NCBI GenBank assembly: GCA_041694815.1
Contig: JBGFSC010000005.1
Span: 1-64,000 of the forward strand
Direction: 5' to 3'
Origin: Elusimicrobiota bacterium
Lineage (GTDB): Bacteria > Elusimicrobiota > Elusimicrobia > UBA1565 > JACRDR01
Length of the DNA: 64,000 bases
The number at the start of each line of letters is the position of its first letter. Positions within the stretch are counted from its first letter, which is position 1. Positions 9,217 to 21,428 of this stretch are shown here, piece after piece. Below the pieces are notes generated by a model. It saw nothing but the letters and a program-made list of their open reading frames with translations. It was not told where the DNA came from and searched no databases. The translations under genes and the position numbers were made by a program.

Positions 9217-10242
9217 CTATGCTTTAGTGACAGCCGGGATCTTGCCAGCGACGAAGGCGGCCAGGTCGACGATGCGATTGGAATAGCCCCATTCATTGTC
9301 GTACCAGCCGAAGACCTTGACGAGATTGCCTCCCATGACGTCGGTCAAGGTCGCGTCGAATACCGACGAGGCGCTGTTCCCGATGAAATCCCTGGAAACG
9401 AGCGGCACCTCCAGATACTGCAGGTAGCGGCGCAGCCGGGGGCTCTCGGAGGCCTTGCGGAAGACGGCATTGACCTCCTCCTTCGTCGTCGCCTTCTCGG
9501 TGACGACGCTCAGGTCGACGATGGAAACGTCCTGGGTCGGCACCCGGATGGCGATGCCGCTGAGCTTGCCCTTGAGCTCCGGCACCACCAGGCCGATGGC
9601 CTTGGCCGCCCCCGTCGAAGACGGGATCATGCTCACCGCCGCGGCCCGCCCCCGGCGCAGGTCCTTGTGAGGGAAATCCAGGATGACTTGGTCGTTGGTG
9701 TAGGAGTGCACGGTGGTCATGAGCCCGGACTTGACCGTGAAATTCTCGTGCAACAACTTGGCCAGGGGAGCCAGGCAGTTCGTCGTACAGGAAGCGTTGG
9801 AGATAATATGGTGCTTGTCGGGATCGTAGCGGTCCTCGTTGATGCCCATGCACAGGGTGATGTCCTCGCCCTTGGCCGGGGCCGAGATGATGACCTTGCG
9901 GGCGCCGGCCTGCAGGTGCGCCTTCGCCTTCTCCGCCTCCGTGAAGCGCCCCGTCGATTCTATAGCCAGCTCGACCCCGAGAGACTTCCAGGGCAATTGG
10001 GCAGGGTCCTTCTGGGCGATGACCTGAATGGACTTGCCGTTGATGCGTATCGAGGACCCCTCCGCCTCCACCGTGCCCGGATAGACGCCGAAGGTGGAGT
10101 CGTATTTGAACAGGTACGCCAGGGTCGGGGCGTCGGTCAAGTCGTTGACCGCGACGAATTCCAGGTTGGGATTCTCGATGCCGGCCCGAAGGACCAGACG
10201 GCCTATGCGGCCAAAACCGTTGATGCCTACCTTAACGCCCAT
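9217..10242 (-). CDS. gap: Glyceraldehyde-3-phosphate dehydrogenase (type I)
   Basis: GINGFGRIGR, ASCTTNCLAP, WYDNEWGYS; GGAGG SD. Confidence 0.98.
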   Translation of the reverse strand: MGVKVGINGFGRIGRLVLRAGIENPNLEFVAVNDLTDAPTLAYLFKYDSTFGVYPGTVEAEGSSIRINGKSIQVIAQKDPAQLPWKSLGVELAIESTGRFTEAEKAKAHLQAGARKVIISAPAKGEDITLCMGINEDRYDPDKHHIISNASCTTNCLAPLAKLLHENFTVKSGLMTTVHSYTNDQVILDFPHKDLRRGRAAAVSMIPSSTGAAKAIGLVVPELKGKLSGIAIRVPTQDVSIVDLSVVTEKATTKEEVNAVFRKASESPRLRRYLQYLEVPLVSRDFIGNSASSVFDATLTDVMGGNLVKVFGWYDNEWGYSNRIVDLAAFVAGKIPAVTKA

Positions 10243-10298
10243 TAATGGCCTCCCCCGCGGGAAGCGGTAGCCCCACGGTGATAAGAAGAGAGACTATC

Positions 10299-11387
10299 TT
10301 AGCGATTTAAGAGGACTATTTCTACTCTCTGCTCGGAAAAGGCCGCCGAATGCCCCTCGGCCGTGATGGTCTGTGGCATGACCATGAGATCGCCGAGCAG
10401 ATACTGCTGTACCGCCGTTGCCTGGGATTCGGCGAGCTCCTTGGTGGAGGCGTAGGCCTGCACCTGCAGCGGGATGCCGCTGTAGCGGCGCTTGACCAGG
10501 TCGGCCGCCGAGCGGAGCAGCCCAATGCCGTTCTTTTCTACCGCCTGGCCGGCCTTCGCGTTGCCGAAGAGCATTGTAGAATCGAGGCTCACGTGCAGCC
10601 CGTCGGATTCCTGGTGCACGATCCCGGTGAATTGTAGCGTCTTGCCGACCTTCGTGCGCGGCGAACCGGAAGGGTCGGTGAATAGGAAGATGGGTGAGTA
10701 CGAGCGCCCCGCCTTGATCCACTCGCCCTGGTCGTTCTGCCCGCTCCACAAGAGCTCCTCGGGCGGGTCGCTGGAGCCCTCGTAATGCTGAAAAACCCGG
10801 CCTTCCTCGTCGGCGATGTTGAGGGACCATTGGTAGGCCTTGGCCTCGCGGGAGTCCAGCTTGCGGCCCAAGGCTTCCGAAAGCTGCTCCAAGGGGTAGA
10901 AGGCGATGCCCGCCCGCTCGCTGAACGTGGTGCGCCAGGGCTCGACGACCCTCGCGTTGTTGAGCACCTCCGGGTGCGTGCGATGCCAGGATACCGTCAG
11001 GGGCGATTCGGCCAAGAGCAGCGACTCCTCCGGCTTAAGCGACGCCCGTATCGAGTCAAAGGCGTCGCTGTCGATCTGCAGCGGAGGCTTGCTCACCTTC
11101 AATTTGCTCGAATCAGAGCCTTTGATGATGACCTCGGTCGGCAAGTTCCCCCCGACAGAAGGGGTTTCCGGAGACGGCGTGGCGGCGGCGCTCGGGGCGG
11201 TGGGCTCGGGCGGTGCCGCAGGCGCGGCCGGCGGCGCGGCGGACTGCGGCGGCTTGGGCATGGCCGGTTCCTCTTTTTGCGGGACCGTGTCAGCGCTCAT
11301 TCCCGGCAGCGACGGGATGGGCGCCCCCGGTTCGGCGCCGGCCGCCCGAAAGGCGCCGCAGAGCAGAAAAAGGATCCAAGTCTTCAT
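10299..11387 (-). CDS. Secreted protein: Pro-rich linker, FlgD-Ig-like segment, degenerate OmpA-like C-terminal domain
   Basis: Signal peptide; LLWSGQNDQGE motif; C-terminus LF...LLRSAAD.VK...LQVQAY...AVQQYL...EQRVEIV resembles an OmpA-C fold. Confidence 0.6.
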   Translation of the reverse strand: MKTWILFLLCGAFRAAGAEPGAPIPSLPGMSADTVPQKEEPAMPKPPQSAAPPAAPAAPPEPTAPSAAATPSPETPSVGGNLPTEVIIKGSDSSKLKVSKPPLQIDSDAFDSIRASLKPEESLLLAESPLTVSWHRTHPEVLNNARVVEPWRTTFSERAGIAFYPLEQLSEALGRKLDSREAKAYQWSLNIADEEGRVFQHYEGSSDPPEELLWSGQNDQGEWIKAGRSYSPIFLFTDPSGSPRTKVGKTLQFTGIVHQESDGLHVSLDSTMLFGNAKAGQAVEKNGIGLLRSAADLVKRRYSGIPLQVQAYASTKELAESQATAVQQYLLGDLMVMPQTITAEGHSAAFSEQRVEIVLLNR

Positions 11388-11391
11388 CGGG

Positions 11392-12450
11392 TCACTCCAA
11401 GAGGAAGCGGAAGGTGATGATGCCCCATTGCCTTCCGGCGTCGAGTATCGGCTCGAAGCGCCAACGCTTGAGCGAATCCATCGCCAAGCGGTCCAAGCGC
11501 CCGAAGCCGGAGGTGGTTTCGACCCTCATCTCGGGCAGAACCTCGCCCGAGGCGGAAACGTAAAACCGTATGCGGACTTCGGCCTCCAATATCCCCTGCG
11601 CCGAGGCCCAGTCGGGAAATTTCGGTACTTCGTAATAAACCACCTTGCGGCCGGACAACGGCCCCTCTATCTCCACGGATTTCTTTTTTTCGCCCAGAAG
11701 GGAGGCCTGTTCGCGGGCGGGCGCCTGGGACTTGAGGGCGTCCATTCGGCGCGGCGCCGCCGGGGCCGATACGGGGGCCAAGGCCAGCGGAGCGGAGGCC
11801 GGAAGGAGTTCGGCCGCCTTGCTCAAGAGGTTCTTTCGAGAAGCGGGAGCCGCCTCCTGCGGCAGCAGGGCCTGCTCTGGCGCGGCCCGGCCCGCGCGGG
11901 GCGCGGCGGAAAGGGCCGACAAATCCTGCGGCATCAGCCGGCTGCGTTGCTCCTCGGCCAAGGCGGCCATCTCGATGACCCGCTTGGGCGCCCGCCGGAT
12001 GCCAACCTCCTCGAGCTTGGGCAGCTCCGTGACGGAGGGCCGGCGCGTGCGGGCCTCCAGTTGCCCCACGTCCAGAGCCGCCTCCGCGCGTTTGCGGCTT
12101 AAATCGAGCGCGTCCAGCGACTCGTTCTTCTTGAGTCTCCCGCGGTCGTCGAGCTTTTGCGGGGCCTCCATGAGCAGCTTCCTGGAGGCCTCGGGCGTTT
12201 TGATCTCCATCGGCTTGATGGCCTGCGGAACGCTCGGGAGGGCCATTTTCAGGAAATTCCAGGTGCTGGGCGGCGAGGCCTTGGCTACGACCGTGGGAGC
12301 TTCCGGCCTCCTGGTTACCAGGAGGTCGACGTCCGCGATCACCCTCAGGGGCGCCTTCTTGGAGACCTGGTGGAGGTAGAGCCACGCGGCGGCGCCGCCC
12401 AGATGGAGCGCGGTCGAGAGGGTAACGGTCACGGGAAGCCTAGTTTCCAT
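11392..12450 (-). CDS. tonB: TonB-family energy transducer
   Basis: N-terminal TM with STALH (SxxxH motif), Pro/Ala-rich linker, C-terminal TSGFGRLDRLAMDSLKRWRFEP. Confidence 0.85.
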   Translation of the reverse strand: METRLPVTVTLSTALHLGGAAAWLYLHQVSKKAPLRVIADVDLLVTRRPEAPTVVAKASPPSTWNFLKMALPSVPQAIKPMEIKTPEASRKLLMEAPQKLDDRGRLKKNESLDALDLSRKRAEAALDVGQLEARTRRPSVTELPKLEEVGIRRAPKRVIEMAALAEEQRSRLMPQDLSALSAAPRAGRAAPEQALLPQEAAPASRKNLLSKAAELLPASAPLALAPVSAPAAPRRMDALKSQAPAREQASLLGEKKKSVEIEGPLSGRKVVYYEVPKFPDWASAQGILEAEVRIRFYVSASGEVLPEMRVETTSGFGRLDRLAMDSLKRWRFEPILDAGRQWGIITFRFLLE

Positions 12451-12871
12451 GGGGACCCTTCTTCTGGAGCGTGGCGATGGTCAGCGAGGAGGCTCCGGCC
12501 TCCTTGGCCCGCGCCATGAGATCGGTCAAAGCACCGTGCAAGGCCTGGGCGTCGGCCCGCAGGATCACCCATTTGGACTCGCTGTAGGCCAGGCGTTCCT
12601 TGAGGGCCTGCTCGAGCTCCCCAGTCGTCTTGTATTCCTTGTCATCGACGGCGTAGCGCCCGTCCGCCGACAGGGAAATCGTCACCTTGTCCTTCTCCTC
12701 CCCTTCCTGGGTGCGGGCCTTGGGCAGGTCTACCTTGAAGGCGGGATTCGAGAGCAGCGGGGCGGTGACCATGAAGATAATGACCAATACCAGACAGACG
12801 TCGACAAGCGGGGTCACGTTGATGCCGGTGACCAGGCCCTCCTCCGGGGCTTCGGCTGAGCGCCGCCTCAT
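12440..12871 (-). CDS. exbD: ExbD/TolR family protein
   Basis: INVTPLVDVCLVLVIIFMVTAP, ILRAD. Confidence 0.92.
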   Translation of the reverse strand: MRRRSAEAPEEGLVTGINVTPLVDVCLVLVIIFMVTAPLLSNPAFKVDLPKARTQEGEEKDKVTISLSADGRYAVDDKEYKTTGELEQALKERLAYSESKWVILRADAQALHGALTDLMARAKEAGASSLTIATLQKKGPHGN

Positions 12872-13287
12872 CCCTTCGCCCTCTCCTCCTTCATGATCGC
12901 CAGCTTCAGGGCGCCCGCCTGTTTGGCCGAATCGAGTATTTCCACCACCTGTCCGACCTTGTTCTTCTCGTCAGCCGTCACGAGCACCATCTTGTCCTTG
13001 GCGGCGGCCAGCGCCTCCTCGAGGGCCTTGAACAGGCCGTCAAAGGAGGCAGCCCTGCCGTTGATGGTCAGCGCCCCCTCGGCGCTTAGGCGCACCTGCA
13101 CGTTCTCGGAGGCGGAGGCCTTGCCCTCGGCGGCCCTCGCCTTGGATTCAAGCACCTTGATGCCCGCCGTGACCGCGAAGGGGGCCACCGCCATGAAGAT
13201 GATGACGAGCACCAGGCTCACGTCGACGAGCGGCGTGACGTTGATGTCAGTGATCTCATCGCCTTCGTTCTGCGGGCCGCCGGCCAT
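12868..13287 (-). CDS. exbD: ExbD/TolR family protein
   Basis: INVTPLVDVSLVLVIIFMAVAP, VTAD...VVEILD. Confidence 0.92.
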   Translation of the reverse strand: MAGGPQNEGDEITDINVTPLVDVSLVLVIIFMAVAPFAVTAGIKVLESKARAAEGKASASENVQVRLSAEGALTINGRAASFDGLFKALEEALAAAKDKMVLVTADEKNKVGQVVEILDSAKQAGALKLAIMKEERAKG

Positions 13288-13290
13288 CCC

Positions 13291-13908
13291 TTATTTGGCT
13301 CCCATCATGACCAAGAGACGCGAGGAAAACACCTCCATCTGCACCCCCAGCGTCTTCACCTTGCGTTGGAAATAGTTGTAGCAGATGACCGCGGGTATGG
13401 CGACGGCCAACCCTCCCGCGGTGGCGACCAGAGCCTCGGCGATGCCCTTGGCCACCACCGAGGGGCCCCCGGCTCCCGCAAGGGCGAGGTCGCGGAAGGC
13501 CTTGATGATGCCGACGACGGTGCCGAAGAGCCCGATGAAGGGCGCCGTGTTGCCCATCGTGCCCAGCACCGCCAGGTAGCGCTCCATCTTGAGCCGCTCC
13601 TCCATCCGCTTGGTGTTGAGCAACTCCTCGAGCTGGTCGCGGGAATGATGCCGGTTGACCAGGCCGTAATGGATCACGTGAGCGATCGGGGACGGCAGCT
13701 TCACGCAGGCCGCCTGGGCCTGATCGTATTTCCCACCCTCCAGGAACTTCCTGATCGAGGTCAATAGCTCGTCGCCGTCGATCTCGGCCTTGCGGAAAAA
13801 CCACCAGCGCTCCAGGGCGAAGGAGACCGAGACGATGGAACAGAAAAGCAGTATGACCAGCGTGAAGCTCTCCTTGAATATCGCCAGATAATCGATTTCG
13901 CTTGGCAT
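13291..13908 (-). CDS. exbB: MotA/TolQ/ExbB proton channel protein
   Basis: APFIGLFGTVVGIIKAF and GIAEALVATAGGLAVAIPA. Confidence 0.94.
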   Translation of the reverse strand: MPSEIDYLAIFKESFTLVILLFCSIVSVSFALERWWFFRKAEIDGDELLTSIRKFLEGGKYDQAQAACVKLPSPIAHVIHYGLVNRHHSRDQLEELLNTKRMEERLKMERYLAVLGTMGNTAPFIGLFGTVVGIIKAFRDLALAGAGGPSVVAKGIAEALVATAGGLAVAIPAVICYNYFQRKVKTLGVQMEVFSSRLLVMMGAK

Positions 13909-16900
13909 CAGTTCTTCTCCTCCGGCATCACCTGCGTGGAATTTTCCTGCCCGACGGCCGGCGCGCGCCTCGGCGCGGCCTTACCCGACTGGACGAGCTT
14001 GATCATTGCCGCCGCCCGCTCCTTGGCAGCCGCCGCGATCTGCCCGCCCGCGTTCTGCGCGAGGTCTTGGTAGACCTGCGCGGCGCGCGCGGGGTCCTCC
14101 GCTTTCTCGTAAGCCTCGGCGAGCTTGATCATCGCCTGGAGGCGGAAGGGATTGGCGGCGGGACGCATGGGACGCAGTTTTTCCCACTGCCCCAGCGCGG
14201 CCTCGGTCCGGTTCATTAGCGCGTAGACCTCGCCGGCGCGGTAGGCGGTTTCCAGCGCCGTTTCGGCCGGCCGGTTGGGGGCCTCTTCGATCCGCCGGAG
14301 GGTATCGAGGGCCCCATCGTAATCCTTTCGATCCTTCTGGATATTGAAGACTTCCCAGAGCGAGGCCTGGCCCATCTTATCCCCGCTCCCCACGACCGCC
14401 GCGTAGCGCGTATAGGCCTCCTGGGCGCTGTCGAGCTTGCCCAGGGCCTTGTAGCATAGGGCGAGGTTGAACTGGGTGGCCTGCGCGTGCTCGGAGCCCG
14501 GGTACTCCTCGAGAAGCCTCTGGTAGTACTCGGCGGCCGGCTGGTACTCCTTGAGGCTGTAATAGGCGCTCGCCAGATGGAAAAGAGCGCGCGGCGTGTC
14601 GTCGGAACGCGCGAAATTGTTCAAGAAACGCTGGTAGGAGGGCACCGCCTCCCGGTGCTTGCCTTGGGCGAAATACGACTCGGCCAGTAGGAACTGCGCC
14701 TTGGGCAGCTGCGGGTTGTCGGTGTACTCGACGCTGAACTGCTGAAACTCCGCCGCCGCCTCGGCGTACTTCTTGAGATCCAGCAAGCGGCGCGCGAGCC
14801 TGAATTGCGCGTCCGCAGCCAGGCTGCTGTGCGGCTTGGCGGCGATGATGGCCGCGAATACCGGCTTGAAGTCCAACTGGGGCGAGCGGTCGAACACCGC
14901 CTCCATCAGGTCGAGCGCGTCGTTGACCTCGGGGGCGTTCGGGAAGCGCCCGAGCAGGGTCGAGGCCTCGCGGATCGTCGCCGGATCGTCCTTGCGGTTA
15001 AAGGAGGCGTTGACGATGCGCAGGTAGGCCAGCGGCAGCTGGGGGCTGTCGGGATATTTCTCGATGATGCCCTTGTAGGCCGCGATGGCCTCGGGATATT
15101 TCTGGCCTCTAAACAGCGTGTCGGCCACCTGGTATACCGCCTGCTGGGCCTCCTTGGCCTTGGGGTAATTCTGGATCAGGCGCTGCCAGGTCTCGATGGC
15201 CTGCGTGTAATAGCGCAGATGGTAGAGGCTCATGCCCGAGCGGTAGAGGGCGGTCGAAGCGCTCGAGGAGCCGGGATTCTCGCGCGCGAACTTGTCGTAG
15301 AGCTGGTAGGCCTCCTCGTAATTTTTCTGGTTGTACATGCTGTCGGCGATGCCGAGTTGGTTCAAGCCGGTGAAGGTGAAGGTCGACGTCACGGCGGCAA
15401 GCATGTCCTGGAGCTTATGGCGCTCCTCCAAGGCCCGAGCGTCCTCCCCCTTCAAGCTGTAGGCCCAGGCGAGCCCGTCCTGCGCGTAGAAGGCCGCCGT
15501 GTCGTTCGGGTACACCTTAAGCAGCATCTCGTAGATGGCCTTGGCCTCGTCGACCTGGTTCAAGGCCAGGTAGGCCTCGGCCGCGTATAGGTACGACAGG
15601 CTGCGCCACTTCGACTGCGAGGGAGGCAGGTGCCGGAAGATGAACTGGTAGGAGGTCAGGATGGACTCGTAATTCTTCATCTTGTGCTGGGCCTGCAGGA
15701 TCGAGAAAAGCGCCTGCTCGGCGATCTCGGAGGTCGGAGAGAGGTCGATGATGCGCTGGAAGGCCGAGACCGCCTCCGCGTTGCGGTTGAGGGCGAGCAA
15801 GGCGTTGCCCTGCACGAGGTAGACGTTCTTGGCGAGGGCGTTGGTCGGATACAGCGCCAGGAAATTCTGGCAGGTCTGTATCGCCTGGGCATAATCGCTC
15901 ACCTGGAACTGGGTCCAGGCCAGCTTATAATGCGCCAAAGGCGAGATGCGGATGGTCTCTGGGTACTGCGTGATCACCTTGGTGTAGGCGAAAAGGGCCT
16001 CGCGCATCTGGTCGTTGACGAGGTAGGACTCGGCGATGAAGTACTGCGACAGGGGGGCGAAGAAATCCTGCGGGTAGCGGTCGAGCACGGATTGGAAACT
16101 GGATCGCGCATCGACGAAATTCCCCTTCTGGAAATGCGAGGAGCCAATCCGGTAAAGGGCTGAGACCTTCAGCCTGGAGTCGGGGTAGCGGCTCAAGAAC
16201 CTCTGGTACTTGGCGATGGCGCCGTCATAATCCTTGGCCAGGAAGAACGAGTCGCCGGTGAAAAAGTCCGCCTCCTCCTTGAGCTCGGTCTCGGGATAAT
16301 CCCGCACGAGGCGCTCGAAGGCGGAGGCCGCCAGGAAGGGCTTCTTCGATAGGAGGTAGGTCTTGCCGAGGTAGAACTGGGCCTCCGGGGTCTGCACGCG
16401 GGTCAGGGCTTTCTCCGCCGCGGCGTAATCGCCCTTGTGCAGGCTGATGAGCCCCTGCACGTAGAGCACCTCCGGGGTCTTGAGGTAATTGGGATACGTC
16501 TCGCCCAGGAGGAAAAGATTGGCCTCCGCCTGGCTAAACTGCTCCAGCGCGAGATTGGCGTAGAGGATGCCCATCCAGCTCTCGGGGATCAAGTAGGACT
16601 TGGGATGGCGTTTTTCGACCTGCTTGAAGGCCTCGATGGCCCCGTTCCAATCCTTCTGGTTGTAGAGCACCTCCCCTAACCGGTATTGGGCCGAGGAGGC
16701 CAGGGTTCCCTTGCGGTAGCGGTCGATGACGGTTTGAAAGGCGTCCTTGGCGCTCTCCAGGTAACTGAGCGCGGCGCTGTTGCGGGGCGCGAGCACCCGG
16801 GCCGAGGAGCTCTTTTTCGCCGAGGCCTCCGCACGGAGGACGGCAAGGGCCTGTTCCATGTAACCCTGTCCAATCATGAAATGCGCGTCATCGGAGCGCA

Positions 16901-17110
16901 CGCTGGAGGGAAAGGTCTTGACGAAGCGCTCGAAGGCCTCGATCGCGGCGGTCTTATCCCGCTTGGTTTCTTGGTAAAGCTGGGAGGCGGACTGGAAAAG
17001 CTCCTCCTCGGCCTTCGTTGTGCCAAGATCCCTACGGCCGCCGAAGCCTATGGCCTCGGCCGGCGGGATCGGCGAAAGGGCGGCGCAGACGAGCAAAATC
17101 CCGAGCCTCT

Positions 17111-17114
<4 letters not shown>
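13908..17114 (-). CDS. Large secreted tetratricopeptide-repeat protein (BamD/CpoB-like repeats)
   Basis: Signal peptide followed by many A.Y..G..Y.....Y..A...F......YP repeats across about 1000 aa. Confidence 0.9.
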
Positions 17115-18913
<1,799 letters not shown>

Positions 18914-18935
18914 CAGCTGTTGTTGGATAAAAAAA

Positions 18936-19010
18936 TGGTGCCCAGTATAGGATTTGAACCTATGACCTTTCCCATGTCAAGGGAACGCGCTACCGCTGCG
19001 CCAACTGGGC
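18936..19010 (-). tRNA. tRNA-Val(GAC)
   Basis: GCCCAGT/ACTGGGC acceptor, anticodon arm TTCCC-TTGACAT-GGGAA, T-arm ATAGG-TTCAAAT-CCTAT, encoded CCA. Confidence 0.95.
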
Positions 19011-19012
19011 GA

Positions 19013-19056
19013 CTATGCCATACTTTCCCAGTCCACTACCGCTGCGCCAACTGGGC
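19013..19056 (-). repeat. Degenerate duplicate of the tRNA-Val 5' part
   Basis: 19036-19056 is identical to 18990-19010 (21 nt); 19013-19035 loosely matches the anticodon/variable region. Confidence 0.75.
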
Positions 19057-19177
19057 CTGTGCTGCCTTACCTTAATAAGGGGATCAGGCGACACTGTAAC
19101 AAACTGGCCTATCCAAATCAACAGCCGCGCGTTGCCCGCTAAGTGTAAGGGACAGGCGTTAAGCTGTCAATACCGGC

Positions 19178-19744
19178 TTATTTTATCCTGAATCGGTCGA
19201 TGAGGCCGGCGAAAAAACCGCCCAGGTGTGCGAGGATCAGATTTGGCAGGAAGAGTAAAATCAATACGATAGGAAGGATGACGGCAAATTGCTGCCATGC
19301 GGGCATGGATTCAAAAACGGCTGGAAAGCGGGATAGGAGAGCGATGAACCCGTTGCCGAGTCCCAAGCCTGCCAGAACCATGCCCGGCCTCATGCCGAGT
19401 TCCCTGATGTTGCGCCTATAAGAACTCGGTTCCTTGACCGTGATAGCGCGTTTTTTCTTGCCCGGCAGCATCGCGCTTAGCCGCAACAAAAAATTATCCC
19501 CCTTCTTTAATGGCGCGGCAGTGCGCGCAGCCGAGCCCTTCCGGCCCATTAATAGTTCCTCCGCGCGCTGTCCGGCGACGGATGATTCCTCCGGCGAAGC
19601 GTTCGGCTTGAGGCCAGCCTCCAATGCCGCGATCGCCTCCGCGGCGTTCTCAGAGATATTGGCCGATGCCGTTGCCGCAATACAAAAAGTCGCGGTTATG
19701 CAATAAATAACCCGCGGGCAGTAAACTGCGATTTGGTTCAACAT
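19178..19744 (-). CDS. Tandem-array paralog (last of 8): secreted/membrane protein
   Basis: Signal peptide, NAAEAIAALE.GL...AGQRAEELL, NFLLRL..LPGKK.ITVKEP, two TM helices, IDRF. Confidence 0.85.
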   Translation of the reverse strand: MLNQIAVYCPRVIYCITATFCIAATASANISENAAEAIAALEAGLKPNASPEESSVAGQRAEELLMGRKGSAARTAAPLKKGDNFLLRLSAMLPGKKKRAITVKEPSSYRRNIRELGMRPGMVLAGLGLGNGFIALLSRFPAVFESMPAWQQFAVILPIVLILLFLPNLILAHLGGFFAGLIDRFRIK

Positions 19745-19745
19745 G

Positions 19746-20327
19746 TCATCTTCTCCAGCGGTCTATGAAGCCTGCGAAATATCCGCCCACAATCCCGAAA
19801 ATAAAATTGGGCAAAAGCAGCAATGTAATCGCCAATGCGACGTAAGGAAGGCTATCGAACTTCTCCGGCAAAAAAGAAGGAAAGAGAAGGGATTGCGCCG
19901 CCATAAAGCCAAAGGCAAGGGGAACACCAGCCATCATCATTTTCGGGCTCGCCGCTGAATTTAGAATACTATTACGATAGGAAATCGGCTCTTTGACCGT
20001 GATTGGTCCTTTCTTGCCGGGCAATAGTCGCGCCAGGAAATTGTTCCCTTTCCCTGGCGACGCGGCCACGGGCATTACGGCATTCCGCCCGCCGAGCAAT
20101 AGCTCCTCCGCTCGCTGGCCTGCGGCGTTGAGGTTTTCGACGGAGCCGTCTGTTCTCAGCCCCTCCTCTAAAACGGAAAGGGCTTCCGATGCGTTTTGAG
20201 TCAACTCGGCGCCGGCCGGCGCAGAAAGTCCGAAATAAATCACGGCGATCAACGGAAACATCGATACACAGATCCCGTGGCCTATTTTACTGCGTCCGGA
20301 CGCAGTAGAACACGCGGCGATAATCAT
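19746..20327 (-). CDS. Tandem-array paralog 7
   Basis: NASEALSVLEEGL...AGQRAEELL, NFLARLLPGKKGPITVKEP, two TM helices, IDRW; ATGA overlap with upstream gene, true start may lie downstream. Confidence 0.85.
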   Translation of the reverse strand: MIIAACSTASGRSKIGHGICVSMFPLIAVIYFGLSAPAGAELTQNASEALSVLEEGLRTDGSVENLNAAGQRAEELLLGGRNAVMPVAASPGKGNNFLARLLPGKKGPITVKEPISYRNSILNSAASPKMMMAGVPLAFGFMAAQSLLFPSFLPEKFDSLPYVALAITLLLLPNFIFGIVGGYFAGFIDRWRR

Positions 20328-20869
20328 TTTTCCAAATACCGGTCCATGACAGCTCCGACCATGCGGCCCAATCGATAGCCCAATGCGCCCAAAACAGGAG
20401 CCACGCCCATGGAGAGCACCACCAATGAGTAGAGCACGCCAGGAGCAACAGGGCCAGCTAGTTGCAAAAAAGAAGGGAGCACAAAAAATTGGGCGAAAAT
20501 CCCCCCCACACCGCCTAGGGTGGCGCCTATCATTCCCCCTGAATCTTTGTAAGTCGCCGGCTCTTGAACGACGATAGGCCCTTTTTTCCGAGGCATATTA
20601 GCGATTAGGCGGCTTAAAAAATGAGCCCCCCTTTGAGCAGGCGCTTTTCCCGTTACGGAGGGTCTATCGCCCATGCCTGATATGATTTCTTCGGCCCGCT
20701 GACCGGCCGCATGGGAGCTTTCAACGGAATTGCCTGCCCTGAGCCCGTCCTCCAATGCCGCGATCGCCTCCGCAGCGTTCTCGGAGATATTGGCCGATGC
20801 CGTTGCCACGACGCAGGAAGTCATGGTTATTAGGCAGACGACCCTCCAATGAATTGCGCTTCGATTCAT
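20324..20869 (-). CDS. Tandem-array paralog 6
   Basis: NAAEAIAALEDGL...AGQRAEEII, HFLSRLIANMPRKKGPIVVQEP, Gly-rich TM helices, MDRY. Confidence 0.85.
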   Translation of the reverse strand: MNRSAIHWRVVCLITMTSCVVATASANISENAAEAIAALEDGLRAGNSVESSHAAGQRAEEIISGMGDRPSVTGKAPAQRGAHFLSRLIANMPRKKGPIVVQEPATYKDSGGMIGATLGGVGGIFAQFFVLPSFLQLAGPVAPGVLYSLVVLSMGVAPVLGALGYRLGRMVGAVMDRYLEK

Positions 20870-20906
20870 TCTACTGCGTGCGGGAAGAGCATAATTAATA
20901 GAGACG

Positions 20907-21428
20907 TCATTTTTTCCAACGGTCGATCAGCCTGCCCACGAACATCCCCAACGTGAGCGGCAACAGCATCGGCGATACCGGCACAGCGACGAGGGCCACC
21001 GCGAAAAGCAAATTCTTAAATTCGCCCGGCGGCACCATAGGCCACAATTGCTGAAGCACGAAGAAATTAGCGAAGAATAGGACCGCCATGCCCGGCAGCA
21101 TTATTTGATGGGTGCCGATCTCCAGGGCTCTGCGCCTGTACGAAACCGGCTCCTTGACCGTGATGGGGCCCTTCTTGCCGGGCAATATCGTGCTCAGTCG
21201 CGCCAGGAAATTATTCCCTTTCCTTGGCGGCGCGGCCACAGACACGGTGGAGCCGCCACCCAACAATAGTTCCTCCGCCCGCTGACCGGCCGCATGGGAG
21301 CTTTCCAGAGAATTGCCAGTTGCAAGCCCGTTCTCCAATGCCGTGATCGCGGCGGAGGCGTTATCGGTCAACGCGGCCGAGGAAAGGCTCGAGCAAGCAA
21401 ACAGCACTAGAAGCACCGTGTTTATCAT
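20907..21428 (-). CDS. Tandem-array paralog 5
   Basis: Start MINTVLLVLF (ATGA overlap); NASAAITALENGL...AGQRAEELL, NFLARL..LPGKKGPITVKEP, IDRW. Confidence 0.85.
   Translation of the reverse strand: MINTVLLVLFACSSLSSAALTDNASAAITALENGLATGNSLESSHAAGQRAEELLLGGGSTVSVAAPPRKGNNFLARLSTILPGKKGPITVKEPVSYRRRALEIGTHQIMLPGMAVLFFANFFVLQQLWPMVPPGEFKNLLFAVALVAVPVSPMLLPLTLGMFVGRLIDRWKK

Noticed and set aside
8995..10245. Long antisense and alternate-frame ORFs (e.g. 8995-10245, 10906-12102, 26215-27477, 47636-48874)
   Set aside because: Shadow ORFs expected in high-GC DNA, overlapping well-supported genes and lacking motifs.
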